Assembly (NCBI RefSeq): GCF_963921235.1
Contig: NC_086097.1
Span: 128,032,001-128,096,000, forward strand
Direction of reading: 5' to 3'
Origin: Mobula hypostoma
Lineage: Eukaryota
Length of the DNA: 64,000 nt
Part shown: piece after piece, positions 52,765 through 64,000 of the stretch
Position numbering within the stretch: the stretch's first letter is position 1
How the letters are laid out: each line of letters opens with the position of its first letter
Position numbers and translations under genes: made by a program
The notes under the pieces: model-generated
What the model was told of the DNA's origin: nothing
Database searches by the model: none
What the model saw: the letters and a program-made list of their open reading frames with translations, nothing else

Positions 52765-52995
52765 CAGCTATTCTCTTTCACCAATCAGTGTCCCAGCTAT
52801 CTACTTCATCCCTCCCCTCCCAGTTTCACCTATCACCTTATGATTCTCCCTTGAACCCCCCACGCCTTTTTAAATCTACTCCTCATCTTTTTTCTCTAGT
52901 CCTACCAGATGGTTTTGGCCCAAAACATTGACTGTACTTTTTTTCCATAGATGCTGCCTGGCCTGCTGAGTTCCTGTAGCATTTTGTGGGTGTTA
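52765..52995 (+). mobile_element. Old Penelope pLTR fragment
   Basis: ccagtttcacctatcacc...aaacattgactg...catagatgctgcctggcctgctgagttcc. Confidence 0.75.
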
Positions 52996-54744
52996 CAGCA
53001 GTCAAGGTTGTGCACTGGCTACTAAACTTGTATAGTGGGAAAATGTCTCCCACAAAGTAAGCTCGTCCAAATAAGTTGAAATATCACCTCCTCCAATTAC
53101 TTAGATTTGGCCAATTGAATTATATTTTAATGGGGCAAATCTTACAGGAAATTGTCTTTGGGAGGCCAATGCCCTTCAGGATTTTATAAAGCTCTATAAT
53201 TCAACCTTCTCTGCTCCCTCCAAATGCCTTTTACATTTCTGACTAACATTAACCTGCTTTTCTGTTTACAAGCTATTGAAACATATGTTTTCAACTACTG
53301 GACTGTTAAAAAAACTTAACACATTATAGCATGATGGTAGCAAAATTCTCCAATTATCACAGCTTGTGAAGAGTTCTAATGACGAAGAATCAATGAACCT
53401 TTATTTTTTTCTTCGACTTGTGCACTCTTACTGGCTGAGAACTTGTTTAAAATGGATTTAGCTAAGGAAATTAAACAAAAATGAAAGGCTGAGAAAGGTA
53501 GGAGAAAGATTTAACTTCCATGTAGAAAACCTGTCTTGTCTTGCGAGCAATTAACTTGTTTTGAATATATTCATAATTTACAATGTACATCCATCAACTC
53601 AGGACAGTTTTTCCAAGAGATGGAACAAGTTAATGCAACTCCTTTAGACTGAATAGCTAACTGGAACTTTAAAAATTATTTAAACAGAAAGAACATGAAA
53701 GCTCTTGTGTAAATCAGGTTATATGGCTATGAACACCAGGAAAAGTATGTACCCTGTCCATGCAGGTACAAACAGGATTCACAATAGTAATTATTCACCT
53801 TCTTTTGAGCATGTGGGATTCTGTTTACAAGGGCTGGGTCAACTGGTAGAATAAATGCATTTGTAGGTCTTTGCAGTTTTATTATTTAACAACCAGTTAT
53901 TGATCTTAAGAGCAAACTGAAATAAAGATTCAAAAGGGTATGATAATATTACTCTTGATTTTTGTAGTACATCATTTCCACAGGCTTTGTATCATCTGAC
54001 AATACCAAAAGCATTGGGAATCCTTTCTGAAGAAGCTGAGAATGATTCCTGGTAAGGTTGAAACAGAGAAATAAATAATAGAATTGCTGAAGGACAGGAG
54101 AAGGCCAATTGGACCATCAAGATCATGGCAACTCCACATAGAATAACCTGTGTTTTTTCTGCTTAACCCTGCAAATTATTTTCCCTCAAATTCCTCGCCA
54201 ATTCCCTTTGGGAAGCCCTGATTGGCTCTACTTCTACTACACATACAGGTAGAAAGCTCCTGATTCTAACTATGCTCTGGTCCTTGAAGTAGCTGCCAAT
54301 GGAAACAAATTCTCTCCAAATGCCCTGTGTAAAGCTGTCAGAATCTTTAATGAATTACTATCACATCTCATCTCAAATTTCTCTACTCTCAGGAAAACAA
54401 TCTGTTCAGTCCAATACACCTGATATCTCTGATTCCTGGACACCTTTCCAGTGAATCGTTTCTGCACTCATTTAGAACCTTCACATCTGGTCACCACAAC
54501 TGCATCCAGGGCTCAGTTTCCAGCCATTACAGCATTTCATAAAGGTTCAACCTAATCTCCCACTTTCATACTTTTTGTCTGAATTTATAAGCCTGAGGTT
54601 CCATCAATATTTATTTTTATGGTGCCTTTTATGAGCAAAGGATATCACAAAGTCCTTTATAGCCAATAAATAAGTTTTGAAATATGGTAAATGTTGTAAT
54701 GGTACTGTCAGTTTCAACACATTTCTTGGGACAACACGTTACAA

Positions 54745-55250
54745 TGGCGAGACTGCATCTGGAATATTGTGTGCAGTTCTGGTCACCAGTCTATATCAAG
54801 AATGGGATTAAACTGGAGAGAGTGCAGAAAAGCTTCACAAAGATTTTGGAAGGCTTCTGTCATAAGGAGAGACTGGATAGACTGTGACTTTTTTCCTGGA
54901 GTGAGGGATGGCCTTTTGAGGTTTATAAAATTATGAGAGGCATAGATAAAATGGATTGCCACTGTCACCACTGTAGGGGAGTCTACAACAAGAGGACATA
55001 GGTTTAAAGTAGGATGGGAAAGACTTAAAAAGAATAAGTGGATGGTGTCAGAAGAAGTGGTAAAGGCAGGTATAATTTCATTATTTCAAAGACATTTAGA
55101 TTGTTTCATAAATAGAAAAGGTTTAGAGGGACATGGGCTAAATGCTGGCAAGTGGGTCTACTTCAGGAAGACACCCTGATCGGGATGGACGTTGGGCTGA
55201 AAGGGCCTGTTTTCATGCTCTATATCTCCACAGTATAAATGACTCTATGA
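54745..55250 (+). mobile_element. CR1 LINE 3' part
   Basis: HLEYCVQFWSP...LERVQKSFTK plus 3' UTR. An older minus-strand CR1 lies at about 54090-54610. Confidence 0.8.
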
Positions 55251-56594
55251 ATGTAATCAGCTTTCTCTCATGTCCTTCTCAGAAGTTCCTCGCTGCCTCT
55301 GTCATCAGAATACTTGTGCAGAAGTGAGCAGAAGTTTCCTCCAATAAAAGACTGGGAAGACCAAAAATCATTCTCTTCAACTCCTTCACAAAATCAGTGT
55401 TCCAACTCTTGATTCCATCCTTCTCCTAGCAATCTGAGGCAATCCTTTTGCAACTTTGGTTTCATATTTGACACAAAATCACATTTGGATAGCATATCCA
55501 CATTATCACTTGTTCAGTCCCTGTAACACATTCAACATCAGCTCTGTTGCTTTGATCATGCACTTGTCTGTTTTTTTTTCACTCTAAAAAAGCGAAAAAA
55601 GTCAACTCTTGGCCCCCAGTGTTCATGGACCACTATCTGGCCCCAGTTAACAGCAGATTTCTTTTCTCTCATACGCTCATTCTTTGTTTTTAAATCTTCC
55701 CAGGACTTTGCCCTTCACTGTAATGCCCTCCAGCTCCGCAGCTCTCCTCTCTGTATCCCCCTCATTGTCTCCGTCACTCCAACAGCCGCAGCCTCTCACT
55801 CTGGAGTTTACTTTTCCTTCAGTCTTTCTTACTTTTTAAGATAAAATGTTAATCAATCAACTCTGATGTGTGGTAACTCCTTAAATGGCTCAGTGTCAAA
55901 AACATGTTTGCTAATGTGCCTGTGTTCAGCCTTAGGTAACCTTACGAGATTGGATCATTCTCATCTACCTGAATGAGCAGACCAACTTCAGCTTAAATGA
56001 CCTAGAGCAATGGATTATCTGCTTAAATTTCACACTCAAGTTTCTGAAGTGGGACCTCGAATCTCAATTTACTTCAGCAATATGGAGGTAACTGAGCTGC
56101 AACTATCAGGTGCACAAATGCATACAAATCAACAAGGATTGCAAGTTAGTGACTTAACCAGCTGGGATGAAAATCTAAATGTAATGATGACAGATGAAAT
56201 GTAACGTTAGGCAAAAACCTTTAAATGAAGTAACACTGAAAGTATGAAACAAACATTCTGTGTTATTGAGCAAACAGCATCAGGCCTCTAAATAGTTGTT
56301 TGTTAATTGGTACCACAGTGGTAATCTGCCTCCAAATGTCTAGCTGCTGAACATGAAAATGTCATACTGGTTCTTGTTTAAGGTTGGGGCTTAAAGTTCA
56401 TTCAATAGATGGAGCTTGACTTGAGAAGACTGATAGGAAGGAGGTAGAGCAGTATAACACAGGAAAATGCCCTTTGGTCCATTATATCCATATTGGCCAT
56501 CATCCCAAATTAAACTAATCCCATGTTTCATTTACAATACCACCATTCCCTGCTCATTTGTGTTCCTATTTAAATACATCTTAAACATCCTCAA

Positions 56595-57785
56595 TAAGTC
56601 GCTTGGAACAGATGATGTACACCCCAGCGTTCTGAAAGAGGTGGCTGAAGAGATTGTGGAGGCGTTAGTAATGATCTTTCAAGAGTCACTAGATTCTGGA
56701 AAGGTTCTGGAAGACTGGAAAATTGCAAATGTCACTCCACTCTTCAAGAAGGGAGAGAGGCAGAAGAAAGGAAACTACAGGGCAGTTAGTCTGATTTCAG
56801 TGGTTGGGTAGATGTTGGAATTGATTATTAAGGATGAGGTCTCAGGGTACTGGGAGGCACTTGAGAAAATAGACTGTAGTCAGCATGGTTTCCGCAAGGG
56901 AAAATCTTGTCTGACAGATCTGTTGGGATTCTTTGAAGAAATAACAAGTAGGATAGATAGAAGAAACTCGGTTGATGTTGTGACTTGGATTTTCAGAAGG
57001 CCCTACATGAGGCTGCTTAATAAGCCATGGGCCCATGGTGCTACAGGGAAGATTCTAGCATGGATAAAGCAGTGGCTAATTGGCAGGAGGCAAAGAGTTG
57101 GAATAAAGGGAGCCTTTTCTGGTTAGCTTCTGGTGACTAGTGGTTTTCCACAGGGGTCTGTGTTGGGACCGGTTCTTTTTACGTTATATGCCAATAATTT
57201 GGATGGTAGAATTGATGTCTGTTGCGAAGTTTGCAGATGTTATGAAGATAGGCAGAGGGGCAGGTAGTTTTGAGGAAGTAGGGAGGCTACAGAGGACTGA
57301 GACAGATTAGGAGAAAGGGAAAAAATGGCAAATGGAATACAGTGTTGGGAAGTGAGAAGTCGTGCACCTGGGTAGAAGAAATCAAAGGGCTGACTATTTT
57401 CTAAGTGGAGAGAAAATACAAAAACCTGAGGTGCAAAGGGACTTGGGAGTCCTTGTGCAGGATTGCCTGAAGGTTAATTTGTAGGTTGAGGTGGTGGTGA
57501 GGAAGGCAAATGCAATGCTAGCATTTATTTCAAGAGAACTAGAACATAAAAGCAATGATGTAATGTTGAAACTTTATAAAGCACTGATAAGGCCTCACTT
57601 GGAGTATTGTGAGCAGTTTTGGGCCCCTTACCTTACTTAAGGCGAAAGTTGATAGATTCTTAATTAGTCAGGGCATGAAGGGATGGGGGAGAAGACAGGA
57701 AATTGGGGTCGAGAGGAAAATTGGATCAGCCATGAGGAAATGGCGAAGCAGACATGATGGGCCAAATGGCCTAATTCTGCTGCTA
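56595..57785 (+). mobile_element. CR1 LINE RT fragment with internal deletion
   Basis: LKEVAEEIVEAL, DWKIANVTPLFKKG and QHGFRKGKSCLT; jumps to the 3' end at about 57635. Confidence 0.9.
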
Positions 57786-59138
57786 TATCTTATGGTCTTA
57801 TGGTCTAAACATTGCTGGTGCAGCTGCTTCCCCCAGAAGCCCCTGGCGATACATCACAGCTGCTCTCTGTGTAAAGAAACTTGCCTCGTAAATCTTCTCT
57901 AAGCTTCCCCCCTCTCATCTCAACCCCATGCCTTCAGTTTTTTATGCCATGTCCACCCTGGGAAAAAGATTATTCATTATCTATCCTGCGTATGCTTTTC
58001 AGCATTTTATCTACTACTCTCAGGACGCCCGTACGCCTTTGATGCTCCAGAGAGAACAATCTAAATTGGTCCATCCTCATTAAAAGTAATCCATTATACT
58101 CATCTCTATTATTCAGAATATATATTCCCATCGGTCGTTCTTTTCAAAATGTGAAATATCATTCAACAAATCAAAGATTCAAAGTAGATTTATTTTCAAA
58201 GTATGTATGCAGTATACAACCCTGAGATTCGTCTTTCCCACAGACAGCCTCGAAACAAAGAAAACCATGGAACCCGTTCAAGGAAAGCATCAACCCCATT
58301 CCCCCATGTGCAAAAAAATGGGCAAACTGTACCAAAAACTGAGCGATAAACACAAAATTGAAAAGAGTTCCTATTCAGTTCAGCTCAGTTCATTATCTGC
58401 TAGCCGTCCCAATCAAAATTGCCCAAAATAGCAACAAAAAAAGAAACGACCAGAGTAGTCGACAGTTTGAAAAAATAACATTCACATATACCAAGTATAA
58501 AGCAAAAAAGACTCTTCATTAATTAATACAAATTGATCATAATGTATAAACATTATATTGACCACCGAAGACAGTCAATCTTTTAGTCACCAGGATATTT
58601 GTAACTAGTAAGCAGAAGTGCTCAAAGGAGCATAGAACAAAGGTCATGAAACATACAGTTCAATACGATCTGTGCCGACCTTTAAACCTACTCCATGATC
58701 AATCTAACCATTTCCTCATGCATAGCTTTTAACTCTCCTGGCCAATTAAAAGGGTTGGCAGGCAGAAATGGACAATTGTGTTCTCGTTCAGCCATACATA
58801 TAAGATGGTCTCTTTACCTCACAATCTACCTTGTTATGGCCTTGCATCTTATTGTGTACCTGCACTGTACTTCCTCTGAACTAGCAACTTGTTTGCCTTT
58901 CTGTTATCGTTTTCCCTTGTGCTACCTCGATGCACTGTTGTTATGAATCTGTATGAATCTGTTGTATCTGTATGGATGGTATGTAGAACAAAGTTTTTCA
59001 CTGTACCTTGGGGAAATCATAATAACTTTCATTTGAACACAAACAACAGGAATTCTGCAGATGCTGGAAATTCAAGCAAAACACATCAAAGTTGCTGGTG
59101 AACGCAGCAGGCCAGGCAGCATCTATAGGAAGAAGCGC

Positions 59139-59174
59139 AGTCGACGTTTCAGGCCGAGACTCTTCGTCAGGACT
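59139..59174 (-). ncRNA. Minimal hammerhead ribozyme motif (pLTR, minus strand)
   Basis: AGTC CTGACGA AGA-GTCTCGG-CCT GAAAC GTC GACT; one helix II mismatch. Confidence 0.7.
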
Positions 59175-59601
59175 AACTGAAGGAAGAGTGAGTAAGGGAT
59201 TTGAAAGCTGGAGGGGGAGGGGGAGATGCAAAATGATAGGAGAAGACAGGAGGGGGAGGGATGGAGCCGAGAGCTGGACAGGTGATAGGCAGAAGGGGAT
59301 ACGAGAGGATCATGGGACAGGAGGTCCGGGAAGAAAGACGGGGGGGGGTGACCCAGAGGATGGGCAAGAGGTATATTCAGAGGGACAGAGGGAGAAAAAG
59401 GAGAGTGAGAGAAAGAATGTGTGCATTAAAAAGAGTAACAGATGGGGTACGAGGGGGAGGTGGGGCCTAGCGGAAGTTAGAGAAGTCAATGTTCATGCCA
59501 TCAGGTTGGAGGCTACCCATACGGAATATAAGGTGTTGTTCCTCCAACCTGAGTGTGGCTTCATCTTTACAGTAGAGGAGGCCGTGGATAGACATGTCAG
59601 A

Positions 59602-59901
59602 ATGGGAGTGATATACTGTGTCCGGTGCTCCCGATGTGGCCTTTTATATATTGGTGAGACCCGACGCAGACTGGGAGACCGCTTTGCTGAACATCTACGC
59701 TCTGTCCGCCAGAGAAAGCAGGATCTCCCAGTGGCCACACATTTTAATTCCACATCCCATTCCCATTCTGACATGTCTATCCACGGCCTCCTCTACTGTA
59801 AAGATGAAGCCACACTCAGGTTGGAGGAACAACACCTTATATTCCGTATGGGTAGCCTCCAACCTGATGGCATGAACATTGACTTCTCTAACTTCCGCTA
59901 G
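59602..59901 (+). CDS. Penelope GIY-YIG endonuclease domain (99-aa open frame)
   Basis: MGVIYCVRCSRCGLLYIGETRRRLGDRFAEH...HFN...EEQHLI...QPDGMN. The domain identity is clear; expression is unknown. Confidence 0.6.
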   Translation: MGVIYCVRCSRCGLLYIGETRRRLGDRFAEHLRSVRQRKQDLPVATHFNSTSHSHSDMSIHGLLYCKDEATLRLEEQHLIFRMGSLQPDGMNIDFSNFR

Positions 59902-60195
59902 GCCCCACCTCCCCCTCGTACCCCATCTGTTACTCTTTTTAATGCACACATTCTTTCTCTCACTCTCCTTTTTCTCCCTCTGTCCCTCTGAATATACCTC
60001 TTGCCCATCCTCTGGGTCACCCCCCCCCCCGTCTTTCTTCCCGGACCTCCTGTCCCATGATCCTCTCGTATCCCCTTCTGCCTATCACCTGTCCAGCTCT
60101 CGGCTCCATCCCTCCCCCTCCTGTCTTCTCCTATCATTTTGCATCTCCCCCTCCCCCTCCAGCTTTCAAATCCCTTACTCACTCTTCCTTCAGTT

Positions 60196-60231
60196 AGTCC
60201 TGACGAAGGGTCTCGGCCTGAAACGTCGACT
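60196..60231 (+). ncRNA. Minimal hammerhead ribozyme motif (pLTR)
   Basis: Helix I AGTC/GACT, core CUGACGA, helix II AGG/CCT, GAAA and a GUC cleavage triplet. Confidence 0.8.
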
Positions 60232-60466
60232 GCGCTTTTTCCTATAGATGCTGCCTGGCCTGCTGCGTTCACCAGCAACTTTGATGTGTGTTGCATAACT
60301 TTCATTTGGTAAGGTTGACACAATGAAAAAATATTATAATTGAACTCTCTGATTATGTTCCGTCAATTATCATTACAGAAGTTGGTTCATGCTGTGTTAG
60401 AGAGTGACTAATTAAGGGAGCTTATTCATTGATGTTAATTTCCTATAACTTATTGTTTAGTTGCAA

Positions 60467-60646
60467 GGCACTGTGGGTTAGTAGTCAACACAACACTTTA
60501 CAGTGCCAGTGATCACAGAATGGTGTTAAGTTCCCACCACTGTCTGTAAATAGCTTGTACATTCTCCCTGTAACTGTGTAGGGTTCCTCTGGGTGTTCCG
60601 GTTTCCTCTAGCTTCCGAAGATGTGCAATTAGGGTTAGTGTTAGTG

Positions 60647-60707
<61 letters not shown>

Positions 60708-60815
60708 AGTGTGTGTGTTAGTGAGAAGCATGGCGTCATTTGCAGGCCACACCCAACTCAAATTTCGGACTGGGTTGATCGTTCATGCAAAAAAAACAAT
60801 GCATTTCACCATATG
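60467..60815 (+). mobile_element. V-SINE-like SINE containing a (GT)n expansion
   Basis: tgtacattctccctgt...tctgggtgttccggtttcctc core; GT run at 60649-60718. Confidence 0.7.
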
Positions 60816-61153
60816 TTTTGTCCACTAAGCTACACGGGCGCTTGGCTGCACAGTAACTGAAATCCTCTCGCACACATAGCCTTTGTGTTGTGGAGCTGGA
60901 ATTGGACGCGGCTAGAAAAGGTTTACAAAGCATAAACGATTTTCTTTGTTGTCCTGAATTTCATTTTGCTCTACAATTAATAAGTAAATTAATAAGTATG
61001 TGATTTTTTAATTTTCATTTTAAATATTCATAGTATGCATATTACAAAAAAAAACATTTAAAATGCTGCGCAGTTTTCAGGCTGTGTAAAAGGTTCCTGC
61101 TCATGCCAATGGTTGGTCTGCACAACTGTAAAAAATAATTAGAAGGAACTTTG
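60816..61153. mobile_element. Possible decayed hAT-type MITE
   Basis: Right end aattagaaggaactttg resembles the TTAGAGGGAACA(C/T)TG terminus; repeated gctgc(a/g)cag subterminal motifs. Confidence 0.35.
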
Positions 61154-62082
61154 CTTTTGATGTACATATGACAAATAAAGCTAACTTCTTTAATTTAGTA
61201 GGACTATTTGGTTTTTGATTATATATTTCAATTTCTTAGGGCCATCCTCTGTTTCAATGAGTGCACAACCTTTTTGAGGACTTCATTTTTATTATTTCTG
61301 CTCTATTTTCCTGAAGTTTTGACAGAGATCTGCTGTAGTTTAAACTATTCCTATTCAGTGCGACTTGTCATGGTCTGTATCACCTGTTGGAGTATTTGTT
61401 TTACTTTGTGCAACATTTACACTATGGGCAGTTCTGGGCCTCCATGTCTTTAGGGTATGTCATGTCACAGGATTCCAGATGTGTCCCTGTTACTGTTACC
61501 ATGCCCTCCTGAGAACAGAACAGGCAAGTAAGTCCATAAACAAAAGATGGAACTGTCATGGTTGATGATGAACAGAGAACAAGACGATGTGTAAATGTCA
61601 GAAAGCCTATGAATGTACAAAGGTGAAATCAAGGAAGTATTGGCAATTAAAGGATAAAAGATTATCTTCAAGGGTGTGTGTTTGGAAAGTTATTAAATGC
61701 AAAGCTATTTACTATTTTTTGCTAATTTAGAGTCGGACAACTCTCTACAATTTGGCACCAATTCTGATATTCTGCTTTTCATCGAGCCTGTAAATCATTT
61801 TTGCGATAACTTCATATTTTGTAATTATTGCAATCCCTTTTTATAATCATATTTTTAATAGTCAAGCTCACCTTGCATTGAAACAATGATCATTGACATT
61901 GATTATTTTGGTTTATAGCTTTATATTTTCAGCTAATCATCTTATACCGTCCAGTTGTGGGTTCTAGATTGATGCAATTATCCTTCTCAGCAATATGCCC
62001 CTGTGCATAGTTCAACCATGCCAACCAGTTTGCTTGCCTGCGTAACTTGCCAGTTTGTCTATTTGACTGTATTCGGCCTATG

Positions 62083-63451
62083 CACTCAGACCCCGCTTAA
62101 TGCTGAGGATGTGTTCCTTGTAGGTGGAGTGCGATGTGAATCAGCACTATCCAGGGCCAATATAACATTCCGTAAATGGACATGTGTGGCTGATAGAAAA
62201 AAAATCAAATCTGAGACATACAATATACGATTTTATGTATACACATAATTCGTGGAGTAAAAAACACCCAAATAAGCCTAACCAGTACCTCAGTGGAACA
62301 GCAACACATCACAGCAGCAGCAGAGGGAAGCAGGTGTCGGTTACATCTTAGAGGAGAGACCAGGCTGTGGGTTCTTCTCTAACTTTGGCTTCTTCTTCAA
62401 GTAGGCATCGAGATTTGGTTGTCTTTTCTTAAGTTTCCTCTCATGGAGCAGTTCTCGGTAGCAGGAATTCATGTTGAGAATGCCTCTCTTTGCCTCACTG
62501 CTTCGCTCCTGGTGATGGTCATTATCGATGGACTGCTCCGTGACTTGTGTGGTTGTGATGGTGGTGGTGCTGAGGAACTTTGTGGTGATGTGTCCTGCTG
62601 GTGTTTCTCCTTCCTCATCTGTGTCCTCAGATTCACCCAGGATGCGTTGCTCTGCTAATTCTTGAAGCTCTTTGTTATTAAGGCTCTTGCTGTCCGCATT
62701 GCCACTTCGCCAGAGATACGTATGCTATGGAGGTTAGTGTGCTGTTTAAATCTTTCAAACCAACCTCTGCTGGCTGTGAATGCTACCAACGTTTCTTCTT
62801 CTTCTCTTGAATATGACTGAAGATGCTTCTTGCTTTTTCCATTATTATCAGCTGGCTTAGGGGCATGTTTCATTCTGTTTGGTCATCCACCCATATATTT
62901 CGTCTATTTTCCATTTTTTTCAAGCAAGTTGTTCCTTGAACGAGTCTCCTTTACAGATGATAACTTTGATGTCATCGCTGCAGAAGCTTTTATCTTGTCT
63001 GTATTTTTTTATAGTTGTTCTGATTGCGACGTACCCAATTTCAAATAGGCAGCAAATCAGCCTGATGCTCACCAGCTTCCAAACGCCATATCACTCGTAG
63101 TTTCACATCCACGCTAATGATTTTCCTCGACACCTTAGATGTACTACCCTCACTGGAAGTGACAGGCTGTTTTCCAGACATTGTGGGTGAAAAACATAGT
63201 ATAAATTGGCTAGGGAGCAAGAATGATAACATCCACACAGGGGAGGCAGAGTGTGAACTAATATGTGGTTGGCTGTGAGTGGCTCAGAGCGTATGTAAAG
63301 CGCTTTGATTGACTGATTGATCGTTTACTGTAATGGCAGCCTCTCGAAGTTTTAAGTGCTGTTTGGAATGAATTTTTGTCATTTTTAAAACTTTGAATAC
63401 AGAATTGAATAACCGTGTTGTAACGAATCAGTGCTATGCGGGGTCTGAGTG
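62083..63451 (-). mobile_element. Tigger/pogo internally deleted DNA transposon
   Basis: TIRs CACTCAGACCCCGC / GCGGGGTCTGAGTG with TA on the right (TG on the left). Encodes MSGKQ..RKIISVDVKLRVIWRLEAGE and FTASRGWFERFKQH (CENP-B HTH). Confidence 0.88.
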
Positions 63452-64000
63452 TATCCTCTGAACCTTTCCTATCTATGCACCTGTATAAATGTATTTTAAA
63501 CATTGTAGTTGCAAGTGTAATCTCAAAACTCAAGCCCTCCTGTTTTGATACATCATCCTTTCGAACCTTGTCTCCGCCATCTCCAGCCTAATCGCATTCT
63601 TTCTATAGCAGGATGACTAGAATTGCATAGAATACTCCAAATTTGGTCTCTATGCTTGAAATTACATTCTACCACTGTGTGCTGAGGGAATTTCACCTGT
63701 CTCTCCGTACAGGTGGTGGAGGGAAAGGGCAGAACCAATCTACTCTCCAAAATTTTTTCTTCACTATACTTCAGCAATGAAGGGTGCTGCTGTGGAATTG
63801 CTTTATGTCTTCCTCTTCTCTCTCTGCCAGATTCTTCCAACAACCGTCCACCTGCTCCAACACATTAGTGCTTTTTGACAGTTCTCTGCAAGAACATGCA
63901 AATAATGATAAATGGATCCTTAAAACTGGGCCAAAATATGTCAATATTTTCTAGGCTCATATTGGAGTTTATTGTGAACAAAATTAAGACATACTCTCAC

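Larger units (their letters stand above)
59036..60294. mobile_element. Palindromic Penelope-like element insertion with 14-bp TSD
   Basis: Inverted arms 59076-59607 and 59761-60294; TSD ATAACTTTCATTTG at 59022-59035 and 60295-60308; GIY-YIG coding segment. Confidence 0.93.

Noticed and set aside
59092..59601. N-terminal part of the 269-aa ORF and its mirror ORF 59898-60323
   Set aside because: Antisense reading of the CT-rich pLTR; R/G/E-rich and not a recognisable protein.
62655..63181. Domesticated TIGD/CENP-B-like gene
   Set aside because: Frameshifted, DDE core deleted and still flanked by TIRs.
1..64000. CRISPR arrays, rRNA, true tRNA genes or prokaryotic operons
   Set aside because: No repeat-spacer array or rRNA signature seen; B-box-like motifs belong to decayed SINE heads.

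Overview
Repeat-dense vertebrate genomic DNA, not prokaryotic. The repeat mix (CR1 LINEs, Rex1/Babar LINEs, V-SINE/DeuSINE-like SINEs, Penelope pLTRs) suggests a cartilaginous fish, possibly a ray; this is inference, with no search run. Almost all recognisable ORFs are transposon-derived. Main elements: (1) a decayed full-length Gypsy chromovirus (Tf1/sushi type) on the minus strand at 45247-52097, with a self-priming PBS signature, interrupted by a young CR1 and a Penelope fragment. (2) A young 1.26-kb palindromic Penelope-like insertion at 59036-60294 with a 14-bp TSD, a GIY-YIG domain and two minimal hammerhead ribozymes. (3) Two Tigger/pogo deletion derivatives, one carrying a foldback hAT MITE. 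(4) Two related solo LTRs. (5) Two copies of a ~680-bp non-autonomous retroposon with a Rex1-type tail. (6) Many nested CR1, Rex1 and SINE fragments. The only host-gene candidate is a putative signal-peptide first exon at 8988-9039 (+); if real, the rest of the window could be its first intron. I did not find a clearly new biological system; the best leads are retroelement RNA structures and junction products. Boundaries of old fragments are approximate, and identities are by-eye estimates.
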